Shown here piece after piece: positions 1-11,080 of a stretch of 64,000 nt of DNA. Where the stretch lies: NCBI GenBank assembly GCA_964016885.1, contig OZ024741.1:406782001-406846000 (forward strand), in the 5' to 3' direction. Both the position numbers and the translations under genes were made by a program. The stretch's first letter is position 1. Every line of letters begins with the position of its first letter. Below the pieces are notes generated by a model. That model was not told the origin of the DNA. It searched no databases and saw only the letters and a program-made list of their open reading frames with translations. This DNA comes from Eledone cirrhosa (Eukaryota).

Positions 1-229
1 AATTGAAACTGTAAAGTCAAAATACAAAAGATGTAAAATATGAAGAATTTCTTACCTTTCTCTGAAATCACAAACTCAGGGGGGAAATAGTACCTTGCAA
101 AATAAAATACCTCGTAGCAAAATAAAATACTTAGTAGCAAGGAATGAATTGAGAATCTTGGTGACTGAGAAAGCAATATCTGTATCCCTTATATATATAC
201 ATAGATAGATACACACACACACACACACG

Positions 230-315
<86 letters not shown>

Positions 316-786
316 TGCACACACATAAACTTATTTGTGTGTGCCTTGGTTTTGGTACAGAAAGAATTTTGTCTCCAGTTTTTATTGCCAGGTCAAAGGC
401 CACTGCTCTTTTCAACAACACCAAATAACAACGCCATATATGTATATATATATATATATAGAATGTTTAAGTATCGAGAGAGAGAAAAAAGGAAAGATAA
501 GCGATGCATATATCTAGTTGCCAATAGTTTGTGCAAATGTGCTCAATACTTGTGCCTACAGGGTTAAATATTAGAAGCGTTAATATTTAGTGGGCGAGGA
601 AATAAACCTTTATTTGTCTGCCTCTCTGTTTTGTTCCCGTATAAATTTTCACTATACATATATATATATAAACGTTTGTATATGTATAATAAAGCCAAAA
701 CAATGCAGGTATGGACATAGAATAAAGAATGCAAATGCAAAAGATATTGTTGACAATTAGTCTTTTACCTTAGATTTATTTAAATG

Positions 787-823
787 TCCTTAATTTTCGA
801 GATAATATCTCTTCTTCGGAGGG
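787..823 (-). ncRNA. Minimal hammerhead-like motif in PLE pLTR (CCGAAGA core)
   Basis: Minus strand: cct CCGAAGA a GAGAT att ATCTC GAAA AT TA agg. Confidence 0.6.
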
Positions 824-1251
824 AAGTAAAGCGGTTAAACCAGTGTTCTAAATAGCTTGCCAAGTCATGCTGACAGGAAATGGTATAGAGTATCTGTTTT
901 ATCTCTAATGTCAAAGAGTTAAGGTTAGGTGGATAAAGAGTAGTCTCCCTTTAAAAGGTTTTTTGGGGGACTTTTTTTTACATGCCCGTTTAAGTGTGTG
1001 GGAGAATGCATGGAGGTGTAAGTATGTGAGTGTGTGTGTGTGAGAGTGAGAAGATATGTCTATACGTAAATGTGGAGGATAGATGTTATCTCGTGTTAGA
1101 ACTGGTCTTTGTGTGTGTATGTGTGTGTGTGAGAGAGAATAAGTGGAGGTGTAAGCGCGCGTGTGTGTGTGTGTGTGTGTGTATGCGTGCGTGTGTGTGT
1201 GCGTGTGTGTGTGCGTGTGTGGGGGGTGTAAATATGGGGCTAGAAGCTCTA

Positions 1252-1885
1252 TCAAGTTATAAATTGGGTGTTGAGTTCTCGTCTATTATTGATTGGTGGT
1301 TGTGTTTTGTCTATAATTAGTGCTTCCTTAATTCTAAGATTGCCGAGGTTTCTTTCCTTAGTTTCTATCCTAATTGTTATAGTTTTGTCAGTGTTTTTGC
1401 ATTTAACTAGGTGTTTCTTAAATGAGGAAGCGTTAGTATTGAGGTGTTCTTTTATTCTTATGTGGAGTGGTCTGGTGGTGCTACCTACGTAGAAGTTGCT
1501 GCATTTGTCACACTCTAGTCTGTATACGACGTAAGCCTGGTGGCATAGGTCTGTGTCGTTGATGGGGCAGTTGGCTAGCCTGCAGCAGTTGTCATGTCTG
1601 GTGGAGTGTCTTTTGGTTAGCTGTCCGCGTAGAGAAGGACCTGAGTGGGCCAGTTGGATATCTAGTCCCTCTCGTCTGATGGCTCTGCGGATGGCTGTTG
1701 TTGTTTCGTCAATGAAGTGTGGGAGCTTCAGGAAGCAAGTGTTAGTGCCTCGGGTGTGATGTCCTCTGTTCTTTCTGGCACGGTTTGTGGTGGATGTCGT
1801 GTATCTATTCAGTTTGAGTACTTCCAGGAAATGTGTGGTGTGTGTGTCTCTGTCTCTAACGTCGGTGCATTTGTTCCGGATACGT
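1252..1885 (-). pseudogene. PLE thumb/linker and GIY-YIG endonuclease (shifted frame)
   Basis: Manual translation: CRLANCPIND..CHQAYVVYRLECDKCSNFYVGSTTRPLHIRIKEH..LRIKEALII..INNRRE; TGA at 1254-1252. Confidence 0.9.
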
Positions 1886-3833
1886 GTAGTTCGTTCCTTA
1901 TGTATCCGAACTTAGCGCCGGCTGGGAGGGCCGATCTGAAATGTACGAACAGGTCCCTGCTGGCGGCTTTTTTATAGAAGCAGGTGTGGATGTTGCCTTC
2001 CTCTGTTACTCCGAGTTGGAAGTCCAGTAGGGATAGGGATCCGCGGTCATCGGGGTGTTCCATGCTGAACTTTATACTGGCGTTCATGCTGGAGAATGTT
2101 GTGTATATTTTATCTGCCTCTTCACGGGATGATATAAGGATGAGTATGTCATCTACATATCGGGTGAAGAAGATATGGGAATGGCAGGTGTTGAGGGATC
2201 GACATTCTAGCTGGTTCATATAGGTGATGGCCAGCAGGCCCGATAGGCTGGATCCCATGGGTAATCCTGTTGTCTGTCTGTATGTGTGGTGGTGGAAGGT
2301 GAAGTACGTGTTGTCTACTGTGAAGGACAAAAGCTGGTGTATGTCCGTCGGATGGAGGCCGTAGCAATGGATGTCCTCTGCGACCACGCAGTCCGTCAAT
2401 AAATCGACAGCTGGATGAGCGGGGACTGTAGTGTAGAGGGAGACAACGTCGAGGCTAAAGGCGTATCTATTTAGTTTAAGTTGTTCTGGCTGGAGTTGGT
2501 GTAGTCTACGTATAACTTCGTCAGAGCTACTGACATGCCCGGGAAAGGTGGAGAGTAGAGGCTTGAGGACCTGGGAGAGGAGCCAGGAAATTTTGTATAG
2601 GGGTCCTTCTATGCTAGAGACGATGGGTCTTATTTGCGTCTTAGTACTATTCTTGTGGGTCTTGATGAGGTGGTAGAAAGTGGGCAGTCTGCTATTTCTA
2701 GTGGTGTAGTTGAGCTTAACTTTATTTGGGAGTTGTCTTCTCCTACAGATATCGAACCAGATGGAGTTGGTCTGTTTTTCGATCTGGGCTGCAGTCATGT
2801 CCGGGATCTCTGTATATAATTCATTGTCGCTTAGGTGTTCAAAGGCTAGGTTGTTGTATGTGACTTGAGAGATGACGCAAAACTCTTTACCTTTGTCGGA
2901 TGGTAAGTATATAAGTTCCCTATTCCGTAGGTTCTTCAGGGCGAGTTGTTGTGTCCTGGAGAGGTTTGGGGCTATCTTCTTCTGTTTCCGTAAGATGTTA
3001 AATACGGAATGTTTTAGCCTCGAGAGTTTTTCTTCAAGCTCGCGGTTGGCAGGCGGTTGACAGAGTGGGCGATCCAGTTGGTATATCGGGAATCTGGGTT
3101 TGTTAGATTCCGTGGTGTTGTTGCCGAGAGTCGATATCCATTTTAGTTGGTAGGCAGCCCGACAGAAATTTGTTTCTATGTCGAGCCATAATTTGTCGTC
3201 CAGTCTCTGTTTCAATATGAACTTGGGACCCAGGCTGAGGAGGTCTAATTCCTCTCGGGAGAGGGATCCTGTCAAGTCTGTGACGAGGTGTTTTGCGTCA
3301 GGTGTGTTGTTGGTCGGGGCGCCGCTAGGTTCGGTGTTGGTACCGTCTTGTTCGTCTCTGTTGGTGCTTAGAGTTGGGATGTTGTTAAGACGGTTAGCCG
3401 TGCTGAGTTTGAGAATTTTTTGCGTTAGGCGTATTTTCTCGTAGTCTCGGCGATGGTGGTATGACCTGTCTATAGTGGTGGAGATAACTCTGGACAGAGG
3501 TTCTGGGGTTTCAGCGAGTTGTGGTACAAGGCTGAAAATAGTCCGTATGTGATGTTGTAGCGTGCGGTGTAGGTGTTGTATGAGTTTTCTTAGGCAAAAT
3601 GTTTGTATGTAACTAAGTGATGGTTTGAGGCCTGGTGATTTGAAGCATGTTGGTAGGTGCAAGTTTTTGATAGTTTTGGGGATGATGTTGTTATTCAGGC
3701 ATCGTTTTAGGACGTTTATTTGGCAGCCGGCTTTGGCGCGCTTTTCAGATAGCTGGAAGAGTTTCTTTACAGTTGTGAACTGGGCCTGGGTCAGGCGTAA
3801 GGAAAGGATGAGGTTATAGTTCACTTGAAGCAT
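1809..3833 (-). pseudogene. PLE reverse transcriptase (frameshift near 1885 separates the endonuclease)
   Basis: Motifs LPSDKG, KTHK..IRPIVS, SLDVVSLYT, GLPMGSSLS, RYVDD, LSLLD, YKK. Confidence 0.93.
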
Positions 3834-4080
3834 TGTGTAATGAGGTATAAACGTTTGTATATGTATAATAAGGTCAAAACAATAACCTCATGCATTCTCC
3901 CACACACTTAAACAAGCATGTACAAAAAAAAAAAAAAAAAAAAAACCTTTTAAAGGGAGACTACTCTTTATCCACCTAACCTTAACTCTTTGACATTAGA
4001 GATAGAACAGATACTCTATACCATTTCCTGTCAGCATGACTTGGCAAGCTATTTAGAACACTGGTTTAACCACTTTACTT

Positions 4081-4116
4081 CCCTCCGAAGAAGAGATATT
4101 ATCTCGAAAATTAAGG
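4081..4116 (+). ncRNA. Same hammerhead-like motif in the inverted pLTR
   Basis: ccct CCGAAGA a GAGAT att ATCTC GAAA AT TA agg. Confidence 0.6.
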
Positions 4117-4280
4117 ACATTTAAATAAATCTAAGGTAAAAGACTAATTGTCAACAATATCTTTTGCATTTGCATTCTTTATTCTATGTCCATACCTGCA
4201 TTGTTTTGGCTTTATTATACATATACAAACGTTTATACCTCATTACACAATGCTTCAAGTGAACTATAACCTCCTCCTTT

Positions 4281-4341
<61 letters not shown>

Positions 4342-4973
4342 CATACATGCATACATATATACATACATACATTTACGTATGTATATAGCTATGCATTTAT
4401 ACATTTAAAAGGGTACACACTAGAGAGAGAGAGATAGTGTGCCATCAATAAAACAGGGAAAACCACCAGTGTATGGAATCTATAATCTATGGAAGGCAGG
4501 GTAGACACACAATAATTAAAAATATAAATTAAAATGTATACGCACTTCTATAACTATATAACACACGCGTATAAATCCAAAGAGATCTGTTTCGCCAGGA
4601 AGTTGTTGACTGAAATGAAATAGCCTATGGGTCATCAGCGCGTCCAAGACTATACATTCCAGCTAACTCTAAGAAAATCTAAGATAACCGTCCAGCAACA
4701 CTCGGCAGAGAGATGTGACAGTGTGCGTAGGTCAGTGAACCAGTGGTATCTGAGGGACGAGCTGCTAGAAAGGGCAGCCCAAAAACCACTCAAAGAGATG
4801 TGCTCAACCAAACAGAGAGAGAGGAAAGACTGTTATAAGGAGCGAAATATCACGATAAATTAACAGAGCCATAGGCTCTCGTTATTCCCTGTAAATGATG
4901 TGCTCAAAGGAAAAGGAATCCTTCCCACCTTCTATTGGTTATAGATTCCATACACTGGTATATATAAATATAT

Positions 4974-5212
4974 ATAAAATATATGGAGAATAGGATTGGC
5001 TGTGTAGTTGCTAGTTAAGGTAGCTTAAAATGGAGTGAGAAAGTAAGAACGGGGGGAGAGTTTTCTCATCAGTTGTCTAATATCCGAGACTCCCAGTAGA
5101 CAACTGATGAGGACCCCCGCCCCACCCATTCTTGCTTTCTTCTTATTCTCACTCCATTTCAAGCTACCTTAACTAGCAACTACACAGCCAATCCTATTCT
5201 CCATATATTTTA
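4974..5212. repeat. Inverted repeat (~105-bp arms) with a further direct copy at ~5643-5731; probable non-autonomous PLE-type insertion
   Basis: ataaaatatatggagaataggattggctgtgtagttgctag... is mirrored at 5097-5212. Confidence 0.75.
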
Positions 5213-5730
5213 TCATGTTTCGCTGTGACCAGTCTTCTCTCTCCTTCTACCTACCTATTTCGTTACTATCTAGTCTTACCCCTCTTTCTTCCTCTCCCCT
5301 TCTCCTTCTCACTTTCACTCATCATCTCTCTGCCTGCAACCTCATTGTTTCCCTCGCCTGACCCTCTAGCAGTCCTTTTCTCACTTAAACTCGCTGGGGT
5401 CAGACGTGTCTTTTCGCTCGTCCAAACGTTCTTGAACTTGAGTTCTCTCATCGCTGTGGTCTTGGATTTTCTTACCTTAAGTTGCTCGCACATTGCTCGG
5501 TTTGTTGTTTTTTTCGCTGTTTTCTCTTTTCTTTCCTTTTCCCTTCTATTTTCCTCCCCCCCCCCCGTCCTCCGTTTCCCAATAACTTACCCAGTTATTG
5601 AACACTCTGGGGGTAGATATATTGTCTTTAAAGCGTTGAAAAATCCGAGACCCCCAGTAGACAACTGATGAGGAAAACTCCCCCCCCCCCCCCGTTCTTG
5701 CTTTCTTCTTATGCTCACTCCATTTTAAGC

Positions 5731-5846
<116 letters not shown>

Positions 5847-5943
5847 TGTGTGCAGAGATTATATTTAATTTGTTGGGATTCAACAAGCTTAAGGTTGTCA
5901 TTTTTTTCCGGGTATGTCAATATTTATTTATAAAATAAATCTG

Positions 5944-6009
5944 TATTTTATCTGATGAAAGCGCACCATAATTTGCCTTGGTGGCCCTTGAAATATGTAT
6001 AATAAAATA
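5944..6009 (+). ncRNA. Type I hammerhead ribozyme (minimal, palindrome-like stem III)
   Basis: tattttat CTGATGA aagcgcacca..tggtggccctt GAAA TATGTA TA ataaaata; 8-bp stem I. Confidence 0.85.
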
Positions 6010-6044
6010 AATATATGTTTTATAAATATAGTTTCCATTTACTA

Positions 6045-6175
<131 letters not shown>

Positions 6176-6177
6176 GT

Positions 6178-6330
6178 GAGTTCGATTCATGGACCGGTTG
6201 ATGAGTTATGTCCTTGAGCAAGTCACTTTATTTCACGTTGCTCCTTCTACCTGGAGTTGTGACCGATAGATAATATTAACAATTGGAAAGACCGATGGAA
6301 ACATTGTTTCCTCGGTCCGATTTGACGAAA
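6178..6330 (+). mobile_element. Degraded tRNA-derived SINE fragment (second family)
   Basis: B-box-like gagttcgattc followed by CORE-like tgtccttgagcaagtcacttta. Confidence 0.5.
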
Positions 6331-6356
6331 GTATATATATATGTATATGTATATAT

Positions 6357-6399
<43 letters not shown>

Positions 6400-6402
<3 letters not shown>

Positions 6403-6686
6403 GGAAAAAAATGAAACGAAGTTTCATTTCTCACTCTTAGTACGGCTGTTACTTAAATATAAGTATGTACACGTACATACTTATATGTATACAGACGTAC
6501 AGTAGTATGTATATAAATACACACATGCACACATATATATGTACGTATGGGTTTACCGAACATCCACTATAATACTCGGTTTGTTTGTAAACAAACAGCC
6601 CGAATTAAGCCGAGCATTATAGTGGATGTTCGGTAAACCCATACGTACATATATATATGTGTGCATGTGTGTATTTATATACATAC
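6400..6686. mobile_element. Fold-back element related to the 469-nt retrozyme-like unit; right arm continues at 10006-10056 beyond the LTR insertion
   Basis: Arms 6458-6578 and 6611-6686 plus 10006-10056. Shares ctcact..gta.gactg and agtatg.atataaatacacacatg with 54201-54361. Confidence 0.75.
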
Positions 6687-7005
6687 TGTGGGTATGGTGT
6701 GGCGTGCGGTGGCCGGGGGCGGGGGGGAGTGCTCGACCGGAAGGGGTTTTTGACCGGAAGGATGCTCGACCGGAAGGGCCAGGAGAGGGCCTCTCTCTAG
6801 TGGTGACCAGCATACGGTGAGGACGCGTTTTGGGCAGCTCCCGGTTTTAAGCAGTCGGACGCACGTGGAAGAGGAGTACCTGCAGTGGAATTTAGCGGCG
6901 CCTGTGAAAAGCGGTAAGTGAGATAGCTTTTTCTAACCACAAGCTATTTCGGCGACTGAAAAAAAAAAACAAAAAAAAAACACTTGCCGCAAAGCAAATC
7001 AGAAG

Positions 7006-7299
7006 ATGGCGACAAGACTAAGGATGAACGAAGCTATCAGGCCATTCACCGGGGAAGGTGATGTTGTCGCCTGGCAGCGAAATGGTCAAAGGGAGGCAAC
7101 CTCGGCACGCGGCCGTTCGCGAGAATTTAAGGGCCGCTGTTTTAGGTGTCAGGGCCCTCATATGGCTAGAGACTGTAGAGAGTCGAAGCAGGATATAATC
7201 TGCTACCGGTGTAAGCGACCAGGCCACATCGCTACTAACTGCGACCAGGGAAACGGTCCAAGGGGAACTACTGCGCCGGTAGTTGCCCCTTACGAGTAG
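7006..7299 (+). pseudogene. gag: Gag remnant with two CCHC zinc knuckles; capsid region deleted
   Basis: RPFTGEGDVVAW joined directly to CFRCQGPHMARDC and CYRCKRPGHIATNC. GGGAAAC slippery site at ~7248. Confidence 0.85.
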
Positions 7300-9708
7300 C
7301 GGCGCTGCCGGTGGTGGAAGTCTTCGTGAGGGGGAAGCCACGGCGGGGGTGGCGCAGAGGTGGGGAGGGAAGAGCAGCGTAAGGGCAGTCGACGGCAGGA
7401 AAATTGAAGGGGCGAGTTCGAGCGAGAAGTAGAGAGATGGATCGAAGAGGGCATACTGCTTCCCTGGAAGGAGGAGGTGAAGTGCGGAGTATTGCTGTTG
7501 ATGGCGGTGGTGCAACCCACGAAGAGCAAGGTGAGGCCGGTGCTGGACTATCGAGAGCTGAACGAGCACGTGTCATGCCACACGGGTGGCGAGGTCACGG
7601 ATGTCTGTGGGGAAACCCTGCGTGAGTGGAGACGCATGACGGGGGGTTCAGCGATCGTGGATCTAAAGTCGGCTTACTTGCAGTTGCATATAGATGAGAA
7701 GCTCTGGCGGTATCAGCTGGTCAGGTATAAGGGCCGGACATATTGCCTGACCAGGCTCTGTTTCGGGCTGAGCTCCGCACCGAAGATCATGGCGGCGGTC
7801 CTCAAGACCGCTCTGGGGAGGGCCGACAAGATAAAGAGGGCTACTAACTCCTACATTGACGACATCCTAGTGGACGAGTCGGTGGTGTCGACGGCGGAGG
7901 TCACGAGCCATTTGTGGAGGTATGGACTGACTGCGAAGCCATCAGAAGCATTGGAGGGAGGAGCCGCGCTGGGACTTAGGCTACGGCGAGATAAGACGGG
8001 CGTTTTGGTGTTCCAGAGGGGAAACGAAGTTCCGGAACTGGGCCCAAGTATGAATAGGCGGGAGCTTTTCTCGGTGTGTGGAAAGCTGGTGGGTCACTAC
8101 CCGATCGCTGGGTGGCTCCGGACGGCATGAAGCTATGTCAAGAGACGAGCGGGAGGGGTGACTTGGAGTGACAGAGTGGGAGAGAGAACAGTGGCCATGA
8201 TGCAGGAGATCGTGGGGAGGGTGAAGGCCGACGACCCAGTGCGGGGACGCTGGTATGTTCCCAAATCACGGAGCGGGACCGTATGGTGCGATGCCAGCAG
8301 CATAGCGCTGGGTGTCACGTTGGAGATAGGAGGTGTTGAGGTCGAGGATGCAGCCTGGCTTAGAAAGAAGGACGACTGCAGCCACATCAATGTGGCCGAG
8401 CTGGACGCGGTGTTGAGAGGGGTGAACCTCGCCCTGCGGTGGGGGCTGCGCACCATCGAGATACGCACCGACTCGGCTACCGTACTCGGATGGGTAAGAT
8501 CAGTGCTCACCAGTGAGAAGAGAGTGCGAACGAGAGGCGCGGCGGAGATGCTGATAAAACGCCGCCTGGGAACGTTAGGAGAGCTGGCCACCGAGTTCGA
8601 CCTGAAGCTGAGTGTAGTGTTCGTGCCTTCAGAGAAAAATAGGGCGGACATCTTAACTAGAGTGAAGAAAGCCTGGATGGAAGCGCCGGAGGAGGTAGAG
8701 GATGAGATATCTGCCGTGTGTCGGCTGACCGAGTTAGACCTGAAGGGGTTGCATGACATGCACCACATGGGGGTGGATAGGAGCCTGTTCCTAGCCAGGA
8801 GAATCGACTCGGACGTTAGCAGACACGGTGTTCGGGGGGTCGTTAGAGGCTGCGTCCGATGTCAGTCCATTGATCCCGCCCCGGGTGTACACGAAACGGG
8901 AAGCCTCCTGGTGGATCGCGACTGGAAGCGATTAGTGGTGGATGTGACGCACTACCGGCAGGGAACGTACCTCTCGATGGTCGACTGTAGACCAGGTCGA
9001 GTGGCGATATGGAGGGAGATGAAGACCGGAACGGCCGAGGAAATCGTGCGGACGTTGAGAGAGGTGTTCTTGGAGCAGGGCCTTGTGGATGAACTGCTGA
9101 TGGACAACAGCGCAGCGTTCCGCTCGGAGGCACTGAGGGGGATGCTCGAGGGATGGAAGGTGGACCGTTTCTTCAGAGCGGCGCACAGGCCGAGCAGGAA
9201 TGGAATCGTGGAGCGACACCACCGGACGATCAAGGCAATGGCGGAGCGGGGCCATATCTCACCAATGGAGGCAGTGTTCTGGTACAATATGTCCCCTCGG
9301 GTTGGACAGGTCGAGGAATCGGTGCCACACAGAGCAGTATTCAAATACGAGTGGCGGCACCCGTGCACGCCACCACAACGGCCAGTGGGGAGAGAGAGTG
9401 CATTCGTGCAGGTGGGCGAAGAAGTCTGGGTTAAGCCCCCAGATGCACGGTGCACATCTCAATGGGGAAGGGGAACGGTGACGGCCGTAAATTCAAAGAA
9501 CAATATGTCCGTGGACGGGGTACCACGTCATGTCCTGGATGTAAGAAGAATCACTGTATCGACGGACTCCGAGGAAGAGGAAACCCAAGATGAGGTGGAA
9601 ACCCAGAGCCCTGCCCCAATACTACGAAGATCGCAACGGAGTCGTAGACCACCGACCTGGACGGCAGACTTTCATATGCAGAGGGACGAGGGGGAAATTG
9701 ATCCTTGA
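7300..9708 (+). pseudogene. pol: Gypsy pol (protease remnant, RT, RNase H, integrase) with a premature TGA at 8128-8130
   Basis: RT: VRPVLDYRELN, DLKSAYLQ, FGLSSAP, YIDD. RNase H: CDAS, AELDAV, TDS, NRAD. Integrase: HH-CC and D..D..E (NGIVER). Confidence 0.93.
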
Positions 9709-10053
9709 GATCAGGGGGGCGTGTGGGTATGGTGTGGCGTGCGGTGGCCGGGGCGGGGGGGGGGGGAGTGCTCGACCGGAAGGGGTTTTTGAGTGCTCGA
9801 CCGGAAGGGGACTTTGACCGGAAGGATGCTCGACGGGAGGGGCCAGGAGAGGGCCTCTCTCTAGTGGTGACCAGCATACGGTGAGGACGCGTTTTGGGCA
9901 GCTCCCGGTTTTAAGCAGTCGGACGCACGTGGAAGAGGAGTACCTGCAGTGGAATTTAGCGGCGCCTGTGAAAAGCGGTAAGTGAGATAGCTTTTTCTAA
10001 CCACACATACTACTGTACGTCTGTATACACATATGTATGTACGTATACATACT

Positions 10054-10082
<29 letters not shown>

Positions 10083-10095
<13 letters not shown>

Positions 10096-10247
10096 AATAA
10101 ATGTGAAGACTAAAATCCAAAGAGGGCTCGATAAGGATAAATATATGTCAAATATATAAAAACCCTAGATCAAATATTTATTAAAATAACAGTTTAAAGT
10201 TTAAGCAAAGAATCGCTGCTTTCACCCTTAACGGGATATTCTGAAAC
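10083..10247 (-). mobile_element. Fragment of the CAGAAGA-hammerhead repeat family (also 55730-55963 and 59408-59640)
   Basis: Reverse complement of gtttcaga..tcccgttaagggtgaaagcagcgattctttgcttaaact...gagccctctttggattttagtcttca. Confidence 0.8.
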
Positions 10248-10327
10248 AAATATATATAGGGGAGTAACCACAGCTTAAAAAGTTATTCAATACATTAGTA
10301 GAGTGTAACCATCATTATTTAATATAG

Positions 10328-10511
10328 GGCCGTGGATTGGCAGTATCGGTATAGGGTCGGTCGCCATGCTTTCCAGCATAGTTACGTCCCTTTACGATCT
10401 GAGTTCAAATCCCGCCGAGGTTGACTTTGCCTTTCATCCTTACGGGGTCGATAAAATAAAGTACCAGTAATGCACTGGGTATTTGCTGGCCTTGTGCCAA
10501 AAGTAGAAACA
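10328..10511 (+). mobile_element. tRNA-derived SINE, full length
   Basis: A-box TGGCAGTATCGG, B-box GAGTTCAAATCC, body gcctttcatccttacggggtcgataaa. TSD attatttaatatag. Confidence 0.93.
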
Positions 10512-10525
10512 ATTATTTAATATAG

Positions 10526-10712
10526 GGCCGGTGGATTGGCAGTATCGCTAGAGGGTTGGACGCCATGCTTTGACACATAGAGTTACGGCCCTTGCCATTC
10601 TGAGTTCAAATCCCGCCGAGGTTAACTTTGCCTTTCGTCCTTACGGGGTCGATAAAATAAAGTACCAGTAATGTACTGGGTAATTACTGGCCTTGTGCCA
10701 AAAGTAGAAACA
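10526..10712 (+). mobile_element. tRNA-derived SINE, second subfamily, in tandem with the previous copy
   Basis: Same boxes. Third copy of attatttaatatag at 10713-10726. Confidence 0.93.
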
Positions 10713-10867
10713 ATTATTTAATATAGAAATAACTTCTACAGGACTAGAAATAGCAGCCAATTGCCGGCCTTCCTCAATTAACTGCTATTTCTAGCAATTA
10801 AAAGACATTTTGATTTTGTGATTATACGTGCATACTTATCTATTTTCACGTAAAAGGCGGGCCCAGA

Positions 10868-11080
10868 TGTGTGAGATTGTGTTGGAATATCTTTCGGGAA
10901 TAGGAGAGCCGCATGGAACGTCGGTTACAAACAAAAGCTACCACAAATATTTCCCTTAAAATATAATTTAGTTATACAAATTATATTTTAGGGCGTGTAT
11001 CCGTGGTAGCTTTCGTTTGTAACCGACGTTCCATGCGACTCTCCTATTCCCGAAAGCTATTCCAACACAATCTCACATAT
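10868..11080. repeat. ~100-bp-arm hairpin within an unclassified repeat (~10800-12350) that has further motif copies and a direct repeat (11718-11796, 11886-11976)
   Basis: atgtgtgagattgtgttggaata..aaaatataattt pairs with aaattatatttta..tattccaacacaatctcacatat. Confidence 0.75.

Larger units (their letters stand above)
668..4283 (-). mobile_element. Penelope-like retroelement, near full length, with 3' pseudo-LTR (~668-1017) and inverted pLTR copy at its 5' end (3885-4283)
   Basis: RT ORF plus GIY-YIG domain. 3885-4283 is the reverse complement of 668-1017 plus 3800-3850 (the ORF start). Both ends abut (TA)n. Confidence 0.93.
6687..10005 (+). mobile_element. Compact Ty3/Gypsy LTR retrotransposon (internally deleted)
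   Basis: LTRs 6687-6941 and 9722-10005 (TGTGG...CCACA). 5-bp TSD CATAC at 6682-6686 and 10006-10010. PPT aggggggcg precedes the 3' LTR. Confidence 0.97.

Noticed and set aside
5097-5125. CTGATGAG at ~5105 and ~5665 as a hammerhead
   Set aside because: No stem II followed by GAAA and a cleavage triplet; at most a half motif.
8128-8130. In-frame TGA in Gypsy pol as selenocysteine or readthrough
   Set aside because: Single change from a Cys codon in an element with other lesions; no SECIS evidence. No in-frame TGA was seen at Cys positions of the PLE endonucleases either.
10328-10420. SINE heads as tRNA genes
   Set aside because: A and B boxes are present, but there is no cloverleaf and they continue into the SINE body with TSDs.
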